Assembly: GCA_965645245.1 (NCBI GenBank) | Contig: OZ287067.1 | Location: 2,542,001 to 2,606,000, forward strand | Source: Massalongia carnosa | Taxonomy: Eukaryota | Length of the DNA: 64,000 nt | Direction of reading: 5' to 3' | In this document: positions 12,366 to 25,317 of the stretch, one piece after another | Position numbering within the stretch: the stretch's first letter is position 1 | How the letters are laid out: the number at the start of each line of letters is the position of its first letter | Notes under the pieces: model-generated | What the model saw: the letters and a program-made list of their open reading frames with translations, nothing else | Databases searched by the model: none | What the model was told of the DNA's origin: nothing | Made by a program: the position numbers and the translations under genes

Positions 12366-12553
12366 ATGTGCAAAGTAATCGTGGAGAGATATGCTGCAGC
12401 TGCAAACGTATGATAGATATGAATGAATGCGAAAAGGCAGAAAATAGGAACACAAGCAATGAGGATGACCGGTGGATTTGTCCCGATGAAGAGTATTTTA
12501 TATTTTGCAACTGGCAATGGCCATGCGAAAGGCACAATAAAAAGACCCTCTAA
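12366..12553 (+). pseudogene. Second small Cys-rich gene (MCKVIVERY-x-CSC...), apparent 1-nt deletion
   Basis: ATG TGC AAA GTA ATC GTG GAG AGA TAT GC TGC AGC TGC; the 188-nt span is one base short of an intact 62-aa ORF; TATAAA at about 12082. Confidence 0.5.
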
Positions 12554-13462
12554 GGAAGAGCAGGCGGACCAAAACGCCAGAAAGAAAGACACCTAAAACT
12601 TTTGTATAAATCGGAGACAGGGCAAGTTTGGCCTGCTCGATAATACTTGCTGGAATATTTGGGGACTCGGTTCGTTGAAAAAAAGTGGCCTTAACGGCAG
12701 CGGTGTGCGGGAGCAGGAAAATGTGGTTGGGATTTCCTTTTTGAGGGCTTGTCGTTGGGTTTAGCTTATGCGTTGGAACAAGGTTGGAAAAGTCAAGTCA
12801 GGCAACAGTTATGTAATTAGTATGTATACCGAGGACGGAGCAGTTAAAACGTGGGCAGTGAGAGCCGCGTCATGGACTATCAACCCCGTAACTGCACCTC
12901 GTAACCTGTTAAGCTAGGTAACGAGTTAGAACAAAACCATACCTGTTCCGTACCTGTGTAGGGAGTAGGGATTTTCATTCATGTTTACAATCGGTATCGA
13001 TTGTATTTTTAGAGTAGCGTTTTAGTACGCACTTCCTCATACAGCTGCCGAGATTTACCCGCCATAACTGTCCCAATTGGTCCATAGAGTACATACTCGT
13101 ATAGAGTACTCCGTATAGAGTGCCTATCGCGCTATTCCGAGTGATGACGCGTTGATTTTGAGAGAGGACAGAGAGAGCATGAGACACGCACGCAAACATA
13201 GCTCAGTGAACGGGGAAGCTTCATGCATCCGACCAATTTATCAAGGCTGCATGACCGTTGCCTGCCTCACAAGGCACATCAAGCCTGACCCTCTTTAATG
13301 CTTGTAGCGCTCCGCCTTGGTCGTTTCCAATCTACATATGAGAGCAGCTTGCCCCACCGGAAAAGAATTTCCACCTCATGCTCCTTTCGTATATAGAAGT
13401 CCCGAACGCTGAGGCGCTGTTCTCAAAGAACGGCGAATTGATAGGCGCAAGAAGCCCTCGCC

Positions 13463-16400
13463 ATGCTGTTCCTTCGCCAAATATGGACGCTGGTGATCAA
13501 GAACATTCTGATTATTCTCGTTCGACACCCCTTCTCGACCCCGCTGCGCTGCTTTCTTCTTCCCGTGGTCTTCACTGGATTCCTTACCTTTGCGCGCAAT
13601 CTGTTCATCCCGCCGTCGCAGTTTGGCATCGGTAGCCCGACGCCCGTACGGACCCTCGCAAACGCCCTGCAGCATGCTGGTGGAGGAAGAGACAGGGTCG
13701 CGTTGGTCAACGGCGGCTTTACCGGCGGCGATATCGAAAAGGTCATACAGCACGTGGCGGATCAGATTACCGCCGAAGGCAAAATCGTGCAAATTCTATC
13801 CCACGAGCAGGATTTGATGACCACATGCCGGAATTCTCTGCGCGGGGTATCGACGTGCTTTGGCGCAGCGATCTTCTACGCCTCACCCTCCGAGGGCACC
13901 GGACAGTTGTGGAATTATAGCTTGAGGGCGGATGGGGTGTTGGGACAAGGCAAAATCGATATGACAAAGACCTCGAATGACGCCGAGTTGTACACATTAC
14001 CCCTGCAGCATGCCATTGATTTCGCCATTGCCCACGTCAACCAGACGATAGACCAGACAGCATTACCGAGTCAAGTCGATGAATATCCATACACGGACAA
14101 AACGCAGAAAGAGCGGAATGACCAGATCCGAGTGAGATTCATGGGATGTCGGTAGCCTGATGCGGACAGCCCAACCACTGTGTGGCGCTCGGCTGACATT
14201 CTGTAGCGATCATTTCCTTCCTTGCGGTCGCTTTTTTCATTGGAATCATTGGGGTGACGTATCAGTTGGTTGGCTTGATGGTACTGAACTCCAAACTAGT
14301 GATGGAACGATTGCTGATGACCAAAGGCGGCAGAAAGAGAATTAGGAATGACCCAGATCCTAGATGCATCAATGCCAAATGCACGCCGATGGGAACCTCA
14401 AGCGGCCCGATTCATTGCAAGTCACATTGCCTTCGATATGGTATTTCTCCCGGGCTGGATTGCGATCAGCCTAATTATGAATTTTGGCATCTTCACCAAG
14501 AGCAGCGTCGGGACTCTTCTTCTATTCAACATCCTCGTTGGGCTCTCGTTGACATCATTTTCCATCTTTGGCGGAGCTTTCTTCCATAAGGCGCAGCTCA
14601 GCGGCATCTCCACCACCATAGCTGCACTCCTTCTAGCGGTGCTGGCTCAATTCTTAAAGTCAGGAACGGGCGCTGTCGCCATCCTCAGTCTTTTGTTCCC
14701 TCCAATGAATTGTAAGTCAAACTGATCCACTCCCTTGAGTCTTTGAGTAACTCCAACGTCTAGACACGTTCTTTACGGTTTTAATGGCTCGGTACGTTTG
14801 ATCGCAGGCGCTCCAGGGCGGGGAAGGAAGCCACTGACGGTGATTAGGTGGGAAAGGGAGAATTTACCAACTAATCTGCTGAAGGCCGCCCCCAACAGCA
14901 AGCACAGTTTGCCTGGAATCGCCTTTTTCATCTTTCTAATCGTCCAAATCCTTGTATTTCCTGCTTTGGGCGCTCTCGTGGAGAATGTGCTCTATGGAAC
15001 GGGTTCCAAGGGACGAAAGCTGATCAACAACAACGACAATTCGCAACCAGCCGTCCAGCTAACATGCTTTACGAAACGCTACGTGCCATCCTGGTGGGCC
15101 CGAAATATCGCCCGACGCTTTGGAAAGCGGAAAGAGACGGTCCTGGCGGTGGATAGCCTCAATTTGACCATTCCGCAAGGGCAAATCATGGTCTTTCTTG
15201 GCAGCAATGGGAGCGGAAAGTCTACTACTCTTGAAGCAATTTCGGGATTGAATACCATTGAGGGATCAATTGCAGTGGATGGCGCTGGGGGGCTGGGAAT
15301 ATGTCCACAACGCAACGTCCTCTGGGACCAACTGACGACATTAGAGCATGTCCGCATTTTCAACCGGCTCAAATCCGCCGGCAAACCAGCTTCTGAAGAG
15401 GAGCTTCGGGAACTCATCGCGGCCTGCGATATTGACAGGAAGATGGGAGCTAAATCGCGTTCTCTTTCCGGAGGACAGAAGCGGAAATTACAGCTAAGCA
15501 TGATGTTGGCAGGCGGAAGCCGGGTTTGTTGTGTGGACGAATGTAGCAGCGGAGTGGATGCCCTTGCGAGGCAGAAGTTATGGAACATTCTTTTGAGGGA
15601 GAGAGGGGCGCGAACTATCATTCTCACCACTCATTTTCTTGATGAAGCCGATCTGCTCTCCGACCAGATCGCCATACTCTCTCGCGGGGTTCTTAAAGCA
15701 AGGGGCTCCGCCGTCGAATTAAAGCATCGTTTGGGCGGCGGGTATCGTATCCATGTATTCCATATGCAGGGGAAGAATTCTCACGCGCTTGACTTTGAAG
15801 ATGTTCCAAAGAAGGTTCTATACGATCAAACCATATGGACTCTACCAGACTCAGCGCGGGCCGCGGAATTCGTCCAGATGCTTGAGGCTAAAGGCATCGA
15901 CAACTACGAAATCACTTCTCCAACCATCGAGGAGATCTTCTTCAACGTTGCCGAAGAAACAGAGGCTGGATACGCCCGCGAGAGACTTAATAGACTCCAA
16001 AGCCCTGCAAGTTCTTCGCATAAGAAACATGGTGAAGCCAAAGTAACCACAGAAGAGAAAGATCTTCAGGCGGATGACGGGACCGGTGAGCTGCAGCTTC
16101 AAACTGGAAAACCGATTACCTTGGTTCAACAGGCATTTACTCTGTTCCGCAAGCGCTGGACTGTCTTTCAAAGGAATTACCTTCCTTCCCTGGCGGCTCT
16201 CCTCATTCCACGTGTGTCACTCCTTATTCCATTTACTCAAAGTATCTAACATCATGGCGTAGTAATTGCTGCCGGCCTGGTAACTCAATACTTAAAGGGG
16301 TTCAGTACTCCGGGCTGCTCTCTGGAGGAGCAATTCAAGGACCTCGGTGTTAGTTTATCCGATTATAGCGCTGATATTACCGATGTTGTTGTGGGGCCCG

Positions 16401-18758
16401 CGGATCGGATCCCTCCTCAAGCTTTTGACCTTATCGGAGCCACCCTTTTTACTGGAGACGGAGAAAAGAACAAGAAGAATGGAGGGAAATCTCCAGCAGA
16501 GCAATTGAGAAGCGCGGTCCACGTCATTGATGGCACCCTGGACGATTTCAATGACTACATCAAGCACAATTTCAGAAACGTCACTCCCGGAGGTTTCTTT
16601 CTAGGAGACGAACACTCTCCACCCACGTTTGCTTATCAAGCTAACGCCAATCTTCTGGTAGCTACGTTTACGCAGAACGCTCTCGATACTCTTCTGACTA
16701 ACGTATCCATTATCACTACGTATCGAGGGTTTGATGTTCCCTTTCCGGGCTCGGCGGGCAAGGTGCTACAGTTGACAACATACTTCGGTCTCGCCATGTC
16801 GGTTTATCCTGCGTTTTTTGCCCTGTACCCAACATTGGAGCGCCTAAGAAGTATCCGGCAACTACATTACAGCAATGGTAGGGAACTTGATTTCCCTTTG
16901 AGGCTATGAATTGGTGCTAAATAACTATAGGTGTTCGAAGCGCCTGTCTTTGGTCAGCGTATGTTTCGTTTGACTTCGTGATTGTCTTAGCGGTAAGTGT
17001 GATCACAACCGTCATATACCGAGCTGCAAGCGATGCTTGGTATCATATTGAATATTTGTTTGTTGTGTTCTTTTGCTACGGGCTAGCTTCTACCCTTCTC
17101 TCATATGTAATATCCGTATTTTCGAAGTCCCAGCTTGCAACCTTTGCGTTTGCGGCTGGAGGCCAAGCGTGAGTTCATTGATACAACCTATTGTGTCTAT
17201 TAAACCTACTGACTGTTCTAGTGTTATGTTTCTGCTTTACTTCATCGCCTATATGAGCGCACTTACATACCCTTCCCCAGCAAAAATCGATTCGACTGTC
17301 AACGCAGTCCACTTTATCTTCGCTACCATAAGCCCGGTTGCAAATCTAACTCGAGCTATCTTCGTGTCGTTGAATGTATTTTCGCTCATTTGTCGAGGTC
17401 GAGCCTTTGCCTCGTATCCTGGAGAAATCACCTTATACGGTGGTCCCATCCTGTATTTGATTTTTCAATCCGCGTTCCTATTTGGCCTCTTGTTGTGGCT
17501 AGATAGCGGCTCTCTCTGGGTCAAGCTCCGCGGCAAAAACTACAAATTCGACGACGCAGAGGAAGAAGATCCCCAAGAAGACGAAGTCGCCGCGGAAACC
17601 CGGCGCGTCAATGCCTCCCCTAACGATGGCCTTCGCGTCCTGCACATCACGAAAGCTTTTGGCAGTAATGTCGCAGTCCAAGACGTGACCTTTGGCGTCA
17701 AGCATGGCGAGGTCTTTGCGCTGCTGGGTCCGAACGGAGCGGGCAAAAGCACTACCATTAGCATTATCCGCGGCGACATCCAACCCTCCCTCCCCAACAA
17801 AGGTGAAGTTTTTGTCGAGCAAATTCCCCTCAGCAAGCGCCGCGCCGCAGCCCGGAATCTCCTCGGTGTGTGCCCGCAAATCGACGCCTGCGATCAAATG
17901 ACCGTGCTTGAGCATCTGCACTTCTACGCCCGTATCCGCGGTGTGCAAGATGTGGAGCACAACACGCGAGAAGTGATTCGTGCCGTCGGCCTCGGCGCTC
18001 TCGCCGACCGCATGGCCGCCAAGCTCTCCGGGGGCAACAAGCGGAAACTCTCACTTGCAATAGCCCTTATGGGCAATCCCGCCGTGCTTCTTCTCGACGA
18101 ACCCAGCTCCGGAATGGACGTGTGCGCAAAACGCGTCATGTGGCGCACTCTGGCCTCGGTTGCGCCGGGCCGCAGCATTGTGCTCACGACGCACAGCATG
18201 GAAGAGGCGGATGCGCTGGCCGATCGAGCGGGCATCATGGGGAAGAAGATGCTCGCGCTAGGCACGAGTGAGTATCTTCGCCGCAAACATGGTGATCGCT
18301 ATCATGTCCATCTCATCATGCGTACGGCGCCCCATACGGAAGCGACGGAAATGGACCGCGTCAAAGCATGGATTGCCGATAACATCGATGGCGCAGCGGT
18401 TGAGGACAAGACGTTCCACGGGCAGTTACGGTTCAGCGTCCCCGCGCATTCGAAACTTACGGGATCCTCCGCGGACGTAGGCGGCTCCTCGGAAAAGGCC
18501 CACCACGATGGCATCACCGTCTCGGAAGCGGCCGTGTCAGAAACAGGACTGGCGGAACCCCGCGGCAGCAGCAGTAGCGTTGGGGCCTTGTTCACAATGC
18601 TGGAAGTGCACAAGGAGGCGTTGGGGTTCGAGTACTATTCCGTGAGCCCGACGACGCTGGACCAGGTCTTCTTGAGCATTGTCGGCAAGCACAAAATTGA
18701 GGAGGAGAATTACGAGGCCGCAAGAGTTGGGGGAAGATGGACTTGGTGGAGGCGATGA
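13463..18758 (+). CDS. ABC transporter, subfamily A (full length, TMD-NBD-TMD-NBD), multi-exon
   Basis: N-terminus MLFLRQIWTLVIKN. NBD1: GSNGSGKST, LSGGQKRKL, DE, TTHFLDEAD. NBD2: GPNGAGKST, LSGGNKRKL, LLLDEPSSG, TTHSMEEAD. About 7 short introns, including a micro-exon at about 14764-14791. Confidence 0.95.
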
Positions 18759-19064
18759 GACCCGGGGGGGGGGGGTTCCTGCGGTTCTGATTCATGTACA
18801 ATATAATTTTGGGGATAAGGGATGAATTTCCAATGTAGTTGTTGGTTTTGGTTCGATTCCAACGATTTCGACAGATTACTGCATTTCCAATGCTACCATC
18901 GCGCTTCAAGTCCTACATGTCAGTTTTTGGAAAATCGTTCTTCGATGATTTATTTTCTAATAACTATTTGCGTACTTATTCATTCGCGACACTTCGTCAC
19001 AGCAACTTTTTTTTCCTTTTGGAAAGGGGAGGTTTCTCGAACGTCAAAAAAAAGTGTCTTGCAA

Positions 19065-19673
19065 ATGAAATACGTTTATCTCTGTCTTTTTTTTGGTTTT
19101 TGCGTGAATCATTCCTGTTCAAGATCAAGGTTTTTGTCAATTGAACACCGTCGTCAGCCGGCGCGCCCCGACTCTCTCCATATACTCGCCTTTCATCTCC
19201 ATTTGCACGTCAAAACGCCTCAAACTGGAAGACTGGCAATACGACTCTTTTACCATCTAATAAGCTCCGCGCACGGGGTTGTGCAAACCCGAACTCCTTG
19301 CAGGAAGTCGACCCTGATAAGCCCGCTCTAACTCCCGCAAACAAGCCCGTTGTGCACCCGCCAATAGTACCGTACAAAAGACCGTTGGCAGTTCCGAAAA
19401 CAAGGCTAGAGGAGGGATGCAGTGACCCAAATTATCGCTTACGGTTGTGCTGTGAGGGGCCGGTGGGCGAACGCATCGGTTTAATCCTCGAAGGAAAATG
19501 GTACTTCGCAAGGGTGGATAACTGCCTAACTAGTAACCCACGGTGCTTATTGAAACTCTGAATCGAGCTGACCGTTCTTTCCTTTTGATCGGTTCGTTAT
19601 ACATACCCCTAAAGTCATCGAGAAATTCAATTACCAAACCCCGTTAGCTCCGTCGTGGTACTTTCCGTTCTAA
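19065..19673 (+). other. Possible small secreted Cys-containing protein or its remnant
   Basis: Signal-like MKYVYLCLFFGFCVNHSCS at 19065. Downstream frame has GCANP...GCSDPNYRLRLCCEGP...VDNCL followed by a GTAACC donor. The frames do not join without a frameshift or an unseen intron. Confidence 0.25.
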
Positions 19674-21049
19674 GCTTCCACTCCCCGAATCTCCAGCGAC
19701 TGTGATTTCACATTTCAGCTTCCCCCTGAAGGGTTTTTTCCATTTGCAATCTCTCCAGATAGCCAGATATATACGAGCCAAGAGAAAGGGCCTTGGGGGG
19801 GGGTCCCAGTGCCATTTGCGCGAAAGTCTCCCGTTCCCGGAAGACTGCCCTCACGTAGTCGTGCTAAAATCGCAGTTGCCCCGATGCACCGCGCCGGCTC
19901 CTCTAAGAGGGTGGGTTGGGGAAGAAAGACCGAGGCTCGGGAACCAACCCTCCAGTTCAGCTCCGCTTGACGGCGGGGTTTTCCCCCGCCGCGCACACGC
20001 ACACACCAACACCATGATCTATATCTATCTATTTGCGTGGAATTTCCAGAAACTCCGGACGACCGGTAATGATAGGTGTTTGGGGAGGAGTACGGGGATG
20101 GGATTTATTTTTGGGGGGGGGGGGATAGGGTTTTTATCTAGTTTTGTAGATAGATAGATAGGTAAGAAAAAATAAGTAGGATCACTATAGATAAATTAAG
20201 ATAGATAGACTTGCGGTGCGTATGGACATGGGATAGGAGTGGAAAATAGGGATACGAGATAGGATATGTTAGAGAGTTAAGGGAAAAGGCGCATATGTTA
20301 TATATATCATATGTATACCAACGGGTGAAAGAAAGAAGAAAAAAAGGGGGGGGGAAGAAAGATAATCCAACAATAATAATAAAAACTCATGAGAAACCCC
20401 ATCACTTCCAGCCAAAAAAGAAAGAAGAAAAAAAAACAGAATGTAATATAGGTACACTTAGGGCACTAACTAACAAGTCATCGAGCATTCGTTCTTTCGA
20501 AGTCTTTTCGTTTTCATATCTTTTCGGGTTCCAAGGAAAAGGGGGTTTACGCGAAAGGCCTAGCTAGCTAGATACCTAGATAGATAGATTAGATGGATAG
20601 GTGGTGTCCAGGGTCTAGATGCTAGAGCTTGGAGCTTTGGGGGGGGGGAGGCCTTTGTACATGAGAGAGAGGAGAGGTGGCGGATCTAGGTGAAGGGGGA
20701 AATTGCGCAAGGGGTGGGGAATGACTTTGTGCAGAGAGGGTATAGATAGGCTTACATGTCCCGGAGGCGGGGGGGTGGGAAAGCTAGTTGCTGGCTTTTG
20801 ATATATCTCCTTTACCTAGACTGATTTGGTGAGAAAGGGGGGAAGGGGGAAGAAAGAACGGAATTGGTCTATAGAGACACAGGAGTAGAGGTTGAGGATG
20901 ATATATTATGTGGTTGGGGAACTTCATATAGAGCAAATAAACCCATACCCCACAAAGATCGAAGGAGCCGATATTACAGTTGGTAGAAACGTTCAGCCAC
21001 AAAGCTCGCAAAACCAATATCCCAGACACGAAGCAAAGCCGCTGTGAAA

Positions 21050-22388
21050 TCACTCATAGATATAGCAGAATGGTCCACCAAGCGTCGACATAACGGCGCC
21101 GGCCTTGAGGGTTGGGCCCAAAAATCCCATGTCTATAGGTTCGGCGAGGGTGATGTTCGGACCGGGTGGAGCTGTGTATTTCTTAGCAAAATCTATTCCG
21201 AACGATACAGACAATCAGACCTACTGTTGAACCATGTGGTAGGACCAGTCAGCTGATCTCGGCGATTTTCAATATCTAAATTCTGCCATATGGTCCACAC
21301 GTGGTCCAACTGTGCATGATGGAAGAAGAATGCTGGGTCGCCGGGAGAGATGAAGAGATCGTCGTTCATGCCGCCGATGGTGAAATGCCCCGCAGGATGC
21401 ATGCCGGGGCTCTGCAGCCCCAGAAGGAACGACCTGTAATTGGGCGAATGGGTAATGACGTCGGTGACTCGCTGATAGTTCAGATCTCTACGGCTCCAGA
21501 ACGGGTTGATGTCGCGAGTGAGACAGCGAGGGTTGTAGTCCAAACCGCTCCCATCCCCTATAAACCCCGGCAAGGAACCGGAAGAATTCACCGGGCCAAG
21601 GTTGACGGTCATGTTAGCAAACGGACCACCTTGAATGCAGCCCCCTCCTGTTCCGGCAGGGATGTTGACGGTGATGTTGGTTCGTGGAAGCCGGTAGGCA
21701 AATGTGTCATGAGGGATGGCTTGACCATTCCCCGAAAGAGAGTACGGGGAGCCGTCAAAGAGCGGGGAGCTGGCTGGGTCTTCCGAGTAAAGAGACCAGT
21801 CCCAGTATCTGATGAGGATGAGCCTGAGAAATGCTATATTGAACAGAGTGATGCTTACGGTTGGTAGCCTTTGTAGCCGCATTCGTTTCGAAGAGCTTGT
21901 TCATACGTCCATGTAAACAGCCGATGCCATGGAAGCAGTTTCGCCTAATGTCGTCGAAAAGATAAGCACTTTGCAGGCAGTCTCTGGGCAGGTTGGGGAC
22001 CCACGTTGAAATGAATAAGAAAGGTCTGGTTGATATGAACGGCTTGGAAGTCATCGAACCGGCTCCGAGCTCCCGGGACGAGGCCAGGCAATGCGAGAGA
22101 CGGCTTGGATTGTAGGCATAGAACCGCATCAGTGTACGCTACTCTCTCGCTCTTTGACAACGAGCCCCTATACCGTTCGTGAACTTAAGTACGTTGCTTG
22201 GTGCAAAGGGTCTCTTACCATTCTCTTCGAACTGCAACGGTCTTGTTGGTACATCCCTGGGGACGATCCGCAAGAATTCCTATTTCTTTGACACGACACT
22301 GGCTTTGAAGGTTTTTCATCGTGGTTACGTTGGCCGAGATAGGCATCGTTAGGGCAAGCAAACCCAACATGAAAAGGAAAAGCTTCAT
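21050..22388 (-). CDS. Secreted tyrosinase / catechol oxidase (type-3 di-copper), 5 exons
   Basis: Signal MKLFLFMLGLLALTMP; VRREW; CuA region SRFDDFQAVH...IH...LPWHR; ECGYKGYQPYWDW; CuB region HPAGH...SPGDPAFFFHHAQLD; ends GGPFCYIYE*. Four GT-AG introns located by eye. Confidence 0.93.
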
Positions 22389-23375
22389 GTTGGAGCAGGT
22401 AGACAGGACTTAGATTCCTGCCCCGTGGATCGAGTATAGGTGCAAGTACAACTGTCGGGGATGCTTGCAAGATAGCGCGTACTTGGGACATATAAGAGAA
22501 GGCCATTTCATTTTATAGGCGCGTGTTTTCGCCCGAATCGCTACAAGTCTTCAAGAGATCCTGACAGGATCTAAGAAAAGCTTTGAGAAGTCCCCGACGA
22601 GGTCAGTCGCACAACGTCGTTCCTCACAAACATCCGTATCTAGGACTGACAAAGCGAGAATGAGCAACAGTAGCCTATTGCTGATTGGTCGGGTTTCGGG
22701 AGAATCGTCTACTATTCCAGCCTCGGGGATCATTTTGTTATTTCTGTATGGATTTGCTACCAACTCTTCCGGTTCTCGACAACCGTACTCTTGTTGATCG
22801 TATTGTCGACGCCGGTTGTCACGACTCGAAAGCGGGGGCAGGCGGCCAGGCGGCTAGGCAATTCCAGCCGCAAGTCTCAGTCATGTTTCCTTGGGCCATC
22901 GGATCACGCAAGGAGCTTCTAGCGACGGATTGCCGAGAGAACGGAATAATGTTCCTAATTTGCATCTCTTACGGTATACATTGCGGTTCAAGTGGAAGAA
23001 GAATCGTATGAGCTGTTTACTTGGGCTAGATTCTTGTAGACATTCCGGATGCATGTCAGAGATTGGCATAACTCAAGCTGACCTGGAATGTTTATTTGCT
23101 TCCATCGACGATAAAACTACACGAACGGAAGAATTCCACTTTGAAGCAAGCAAGCATGGAACAAATATCAACCAGATTCTATAGAATGGAATGGCATCCC
23201 ATCTTTGATCCTCGTCCATGGAGGACTTCATCTCGAACAAACAGTCTTTTGACCCTAAAGGCCGCAGCGTTGAAAAATCAGGTACATGATGACAATCCAA
23301 GAAACAGACCATTTCCGTAAGAAGCGGTGTAGTCGATGTGGGAAGGATTGAAAGCACCTTGATCGGAGATCGCTG

Positions 23376-23412
<37 letters not shown>

Positions 23413-23413
23413 A
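23376..23413 (+). repeat. (GTT)n microsatellite
   Basis: About 12 tandem GTT units read directly. Confidence 0.95.
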
Positions 23414-23981
23414 TTGTCGTATTGATGATTTCATACCGCGGAGGTATATCCATGTGCAGCGTGCGCCACCATTGGAGCATACCCCGGGCCTGGATTTCTC
23501 AAGCTAACAGACATATTCTTGCACGAATCTTGAGTTGGTGCACAATGCTGCCGAGCGAGAGAGCTGCCACGAATAGCATAACCAGATCACAAAACTCACA
23601 GTTAACATCATCAGAGCCGAGTCACACTCTAAAGGATCAACCCATGGGGATGTGGTGGGATCATGAGGCTATCCTCTGCAGCCTGATACGTGAACAGGAC
23701 CGTTGAGCCGATCGAGAACTTGATACCTACGCATACGTCCAGGAAGGGTAGGTGGTATCTCGTCCAGATGTGAGAATGCCATCCAGTGCTGGTAGCGTAG
23801 TCGATCGTGTAGAGTAGAACGAAGGATTAAGTGGTGACTGCGGCGTATGAGCTCTCAAGGAGCAGAGCTCAATGAACAAGGCGTTGGATTGTGTGGTGGA
23901 TTGCCTATCCTATCTACTTAGATTCTAATCACGTGATAATTAGTTCACTTAGGTGACAATAATTTCGAAAAACTGCCCCTT

Positions 23982-25291
23982 ATACAAAAGTTTCCGACAG
24001 GCCCCCCCATCAACTTTTTACCCCTCCCACTGCTTTGAATTATCAACCACCAAGTTTTTATTTTGATGCCTTGAAACTTCGTACGATGATTACATACATT
24101 CTAGCAAGGAATTTGGGCTGAGAAATATATTTTTAATATTTCGTATACCATCCTTTCGCTTGGATACAAGCTTCAATCCTCCTTTCCATGCTCTCTATTA
24201 AACTTCTCAACATTTCGTCATCTATCAAGGTCCATGCTTCCTCCAACGCTTTTCAAAGGACCTCGCGGACCTTATCATCACTACCAGTCACCGAATCGAT
24301 GTCCGGATTGACTTGATAAACGAGCTGTTTGAGCACATACCAAACGTGCTCGATGGGATTCAAATCAGGAGAATAAGGAGGCCAATCGATGATTGTTACA
24401 CCGTTTTCATTGAACCATTTCTTCACCTTTTTGGCAGTATGAATCGGTGCATTATCCTGCATGAAAATGAGGCCTGGTTCCTAAATTCCAAGCAGATTAT
24501 CGTTCAATAATTCCAAACATGAATTCGCGGAGTACCCCATCTTCTTTGCTTCGAAATCGCGAGCCAATTTGTAAAGATCCGACCTTCCTTTCCTCCAAAA
24601 AGCCCCCCATAGCATGACCTTGACCTCCTTGCCTTTTTCGTACGTTTGTATCATAGGTTTTTTCCATTTTTCCTCCGGAAATATGAACATCCATTGACGC
24701 TGTTTTCCCAACCCCTTTTCCACCGAATACTCGTCTGACCATATAAGTTTCGACCACTGCTTAGAATTCCACTCACGCCGAAGCAAGCACCATTCCAATC
24801 TCTTCTTTGCCACCTCGGGCGTCAATAAAGGCCGCTTTTTAGCCAGCCAATTTGTTAGACCGTAGTCTTTGAGCGTCCGATAGAGAGTGGATCGACTGCA
24901 TTGCACTCCGGCCTCCGTACGCAGCTGCGATAGGTGATGCGTGGATTGATTCGTGCAAGTTTGATGATACGTTTTCTATCGCGATCTGAAAATATTCCAG
25001 GCCGACCCGATCGCGATTTTGACTTCTCGTTGTTGCGTTCTGAGTGCTTTTGAAGAGTGTAAATGACGGTGGTTCGAGGCACATTTAATGACTTCGCAAT
25101 TTCAGCCGGTGCATGCCCCAACGCCTGGGCTCCAATAATCATACCTCTTTGACATTGATTCAATTTGATATTACGAGGCTTATTACCAGAAATTGGAGCC
25201 AACGGAGTGCGTGGCATGGTGAAATGATGAAGGTCAAAGTTGATGGGATGGTGGGGTTGAATCGCGGGTAGAGTCGGAAACTTTTTGACTG
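23982..25291 (-). mobile_element. Defective Tc1-family (DD34E) DNA transposon; transposase pseudogene 24133-25217
   Basis: MPRTPL...SRSGRP, WSDE, QDNAPIH...WPPYSPDLNPIE (34 residues from D to E). One frameshift at about 24930; stops at 24481 and 24253. Inverted core AAAAGTTTCCGAC at 23986-23998 and 25273-25285; right end reads GACTG then TA. Confidence 0.9.
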
Positions 25292-25317
25292 TACACCACT
25301 TTTCATTAATTATTCAT

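Noticed and set aside
13463..22388. Possible RiPP (ustiloxin/dikaritin-type) or secondary-metabolite cluster around the tyrosinase and ABC transporter
   Set aside because: No KR-delimited repeat precursor, DUF3328 gene, PKS/NRPS or cluster transcription factor is visible.
23073..23706. Poly-Thr and poly-Val ORFs
   Set aside because: Produced by the (GTT)n microsatellite; no other coding evidence.
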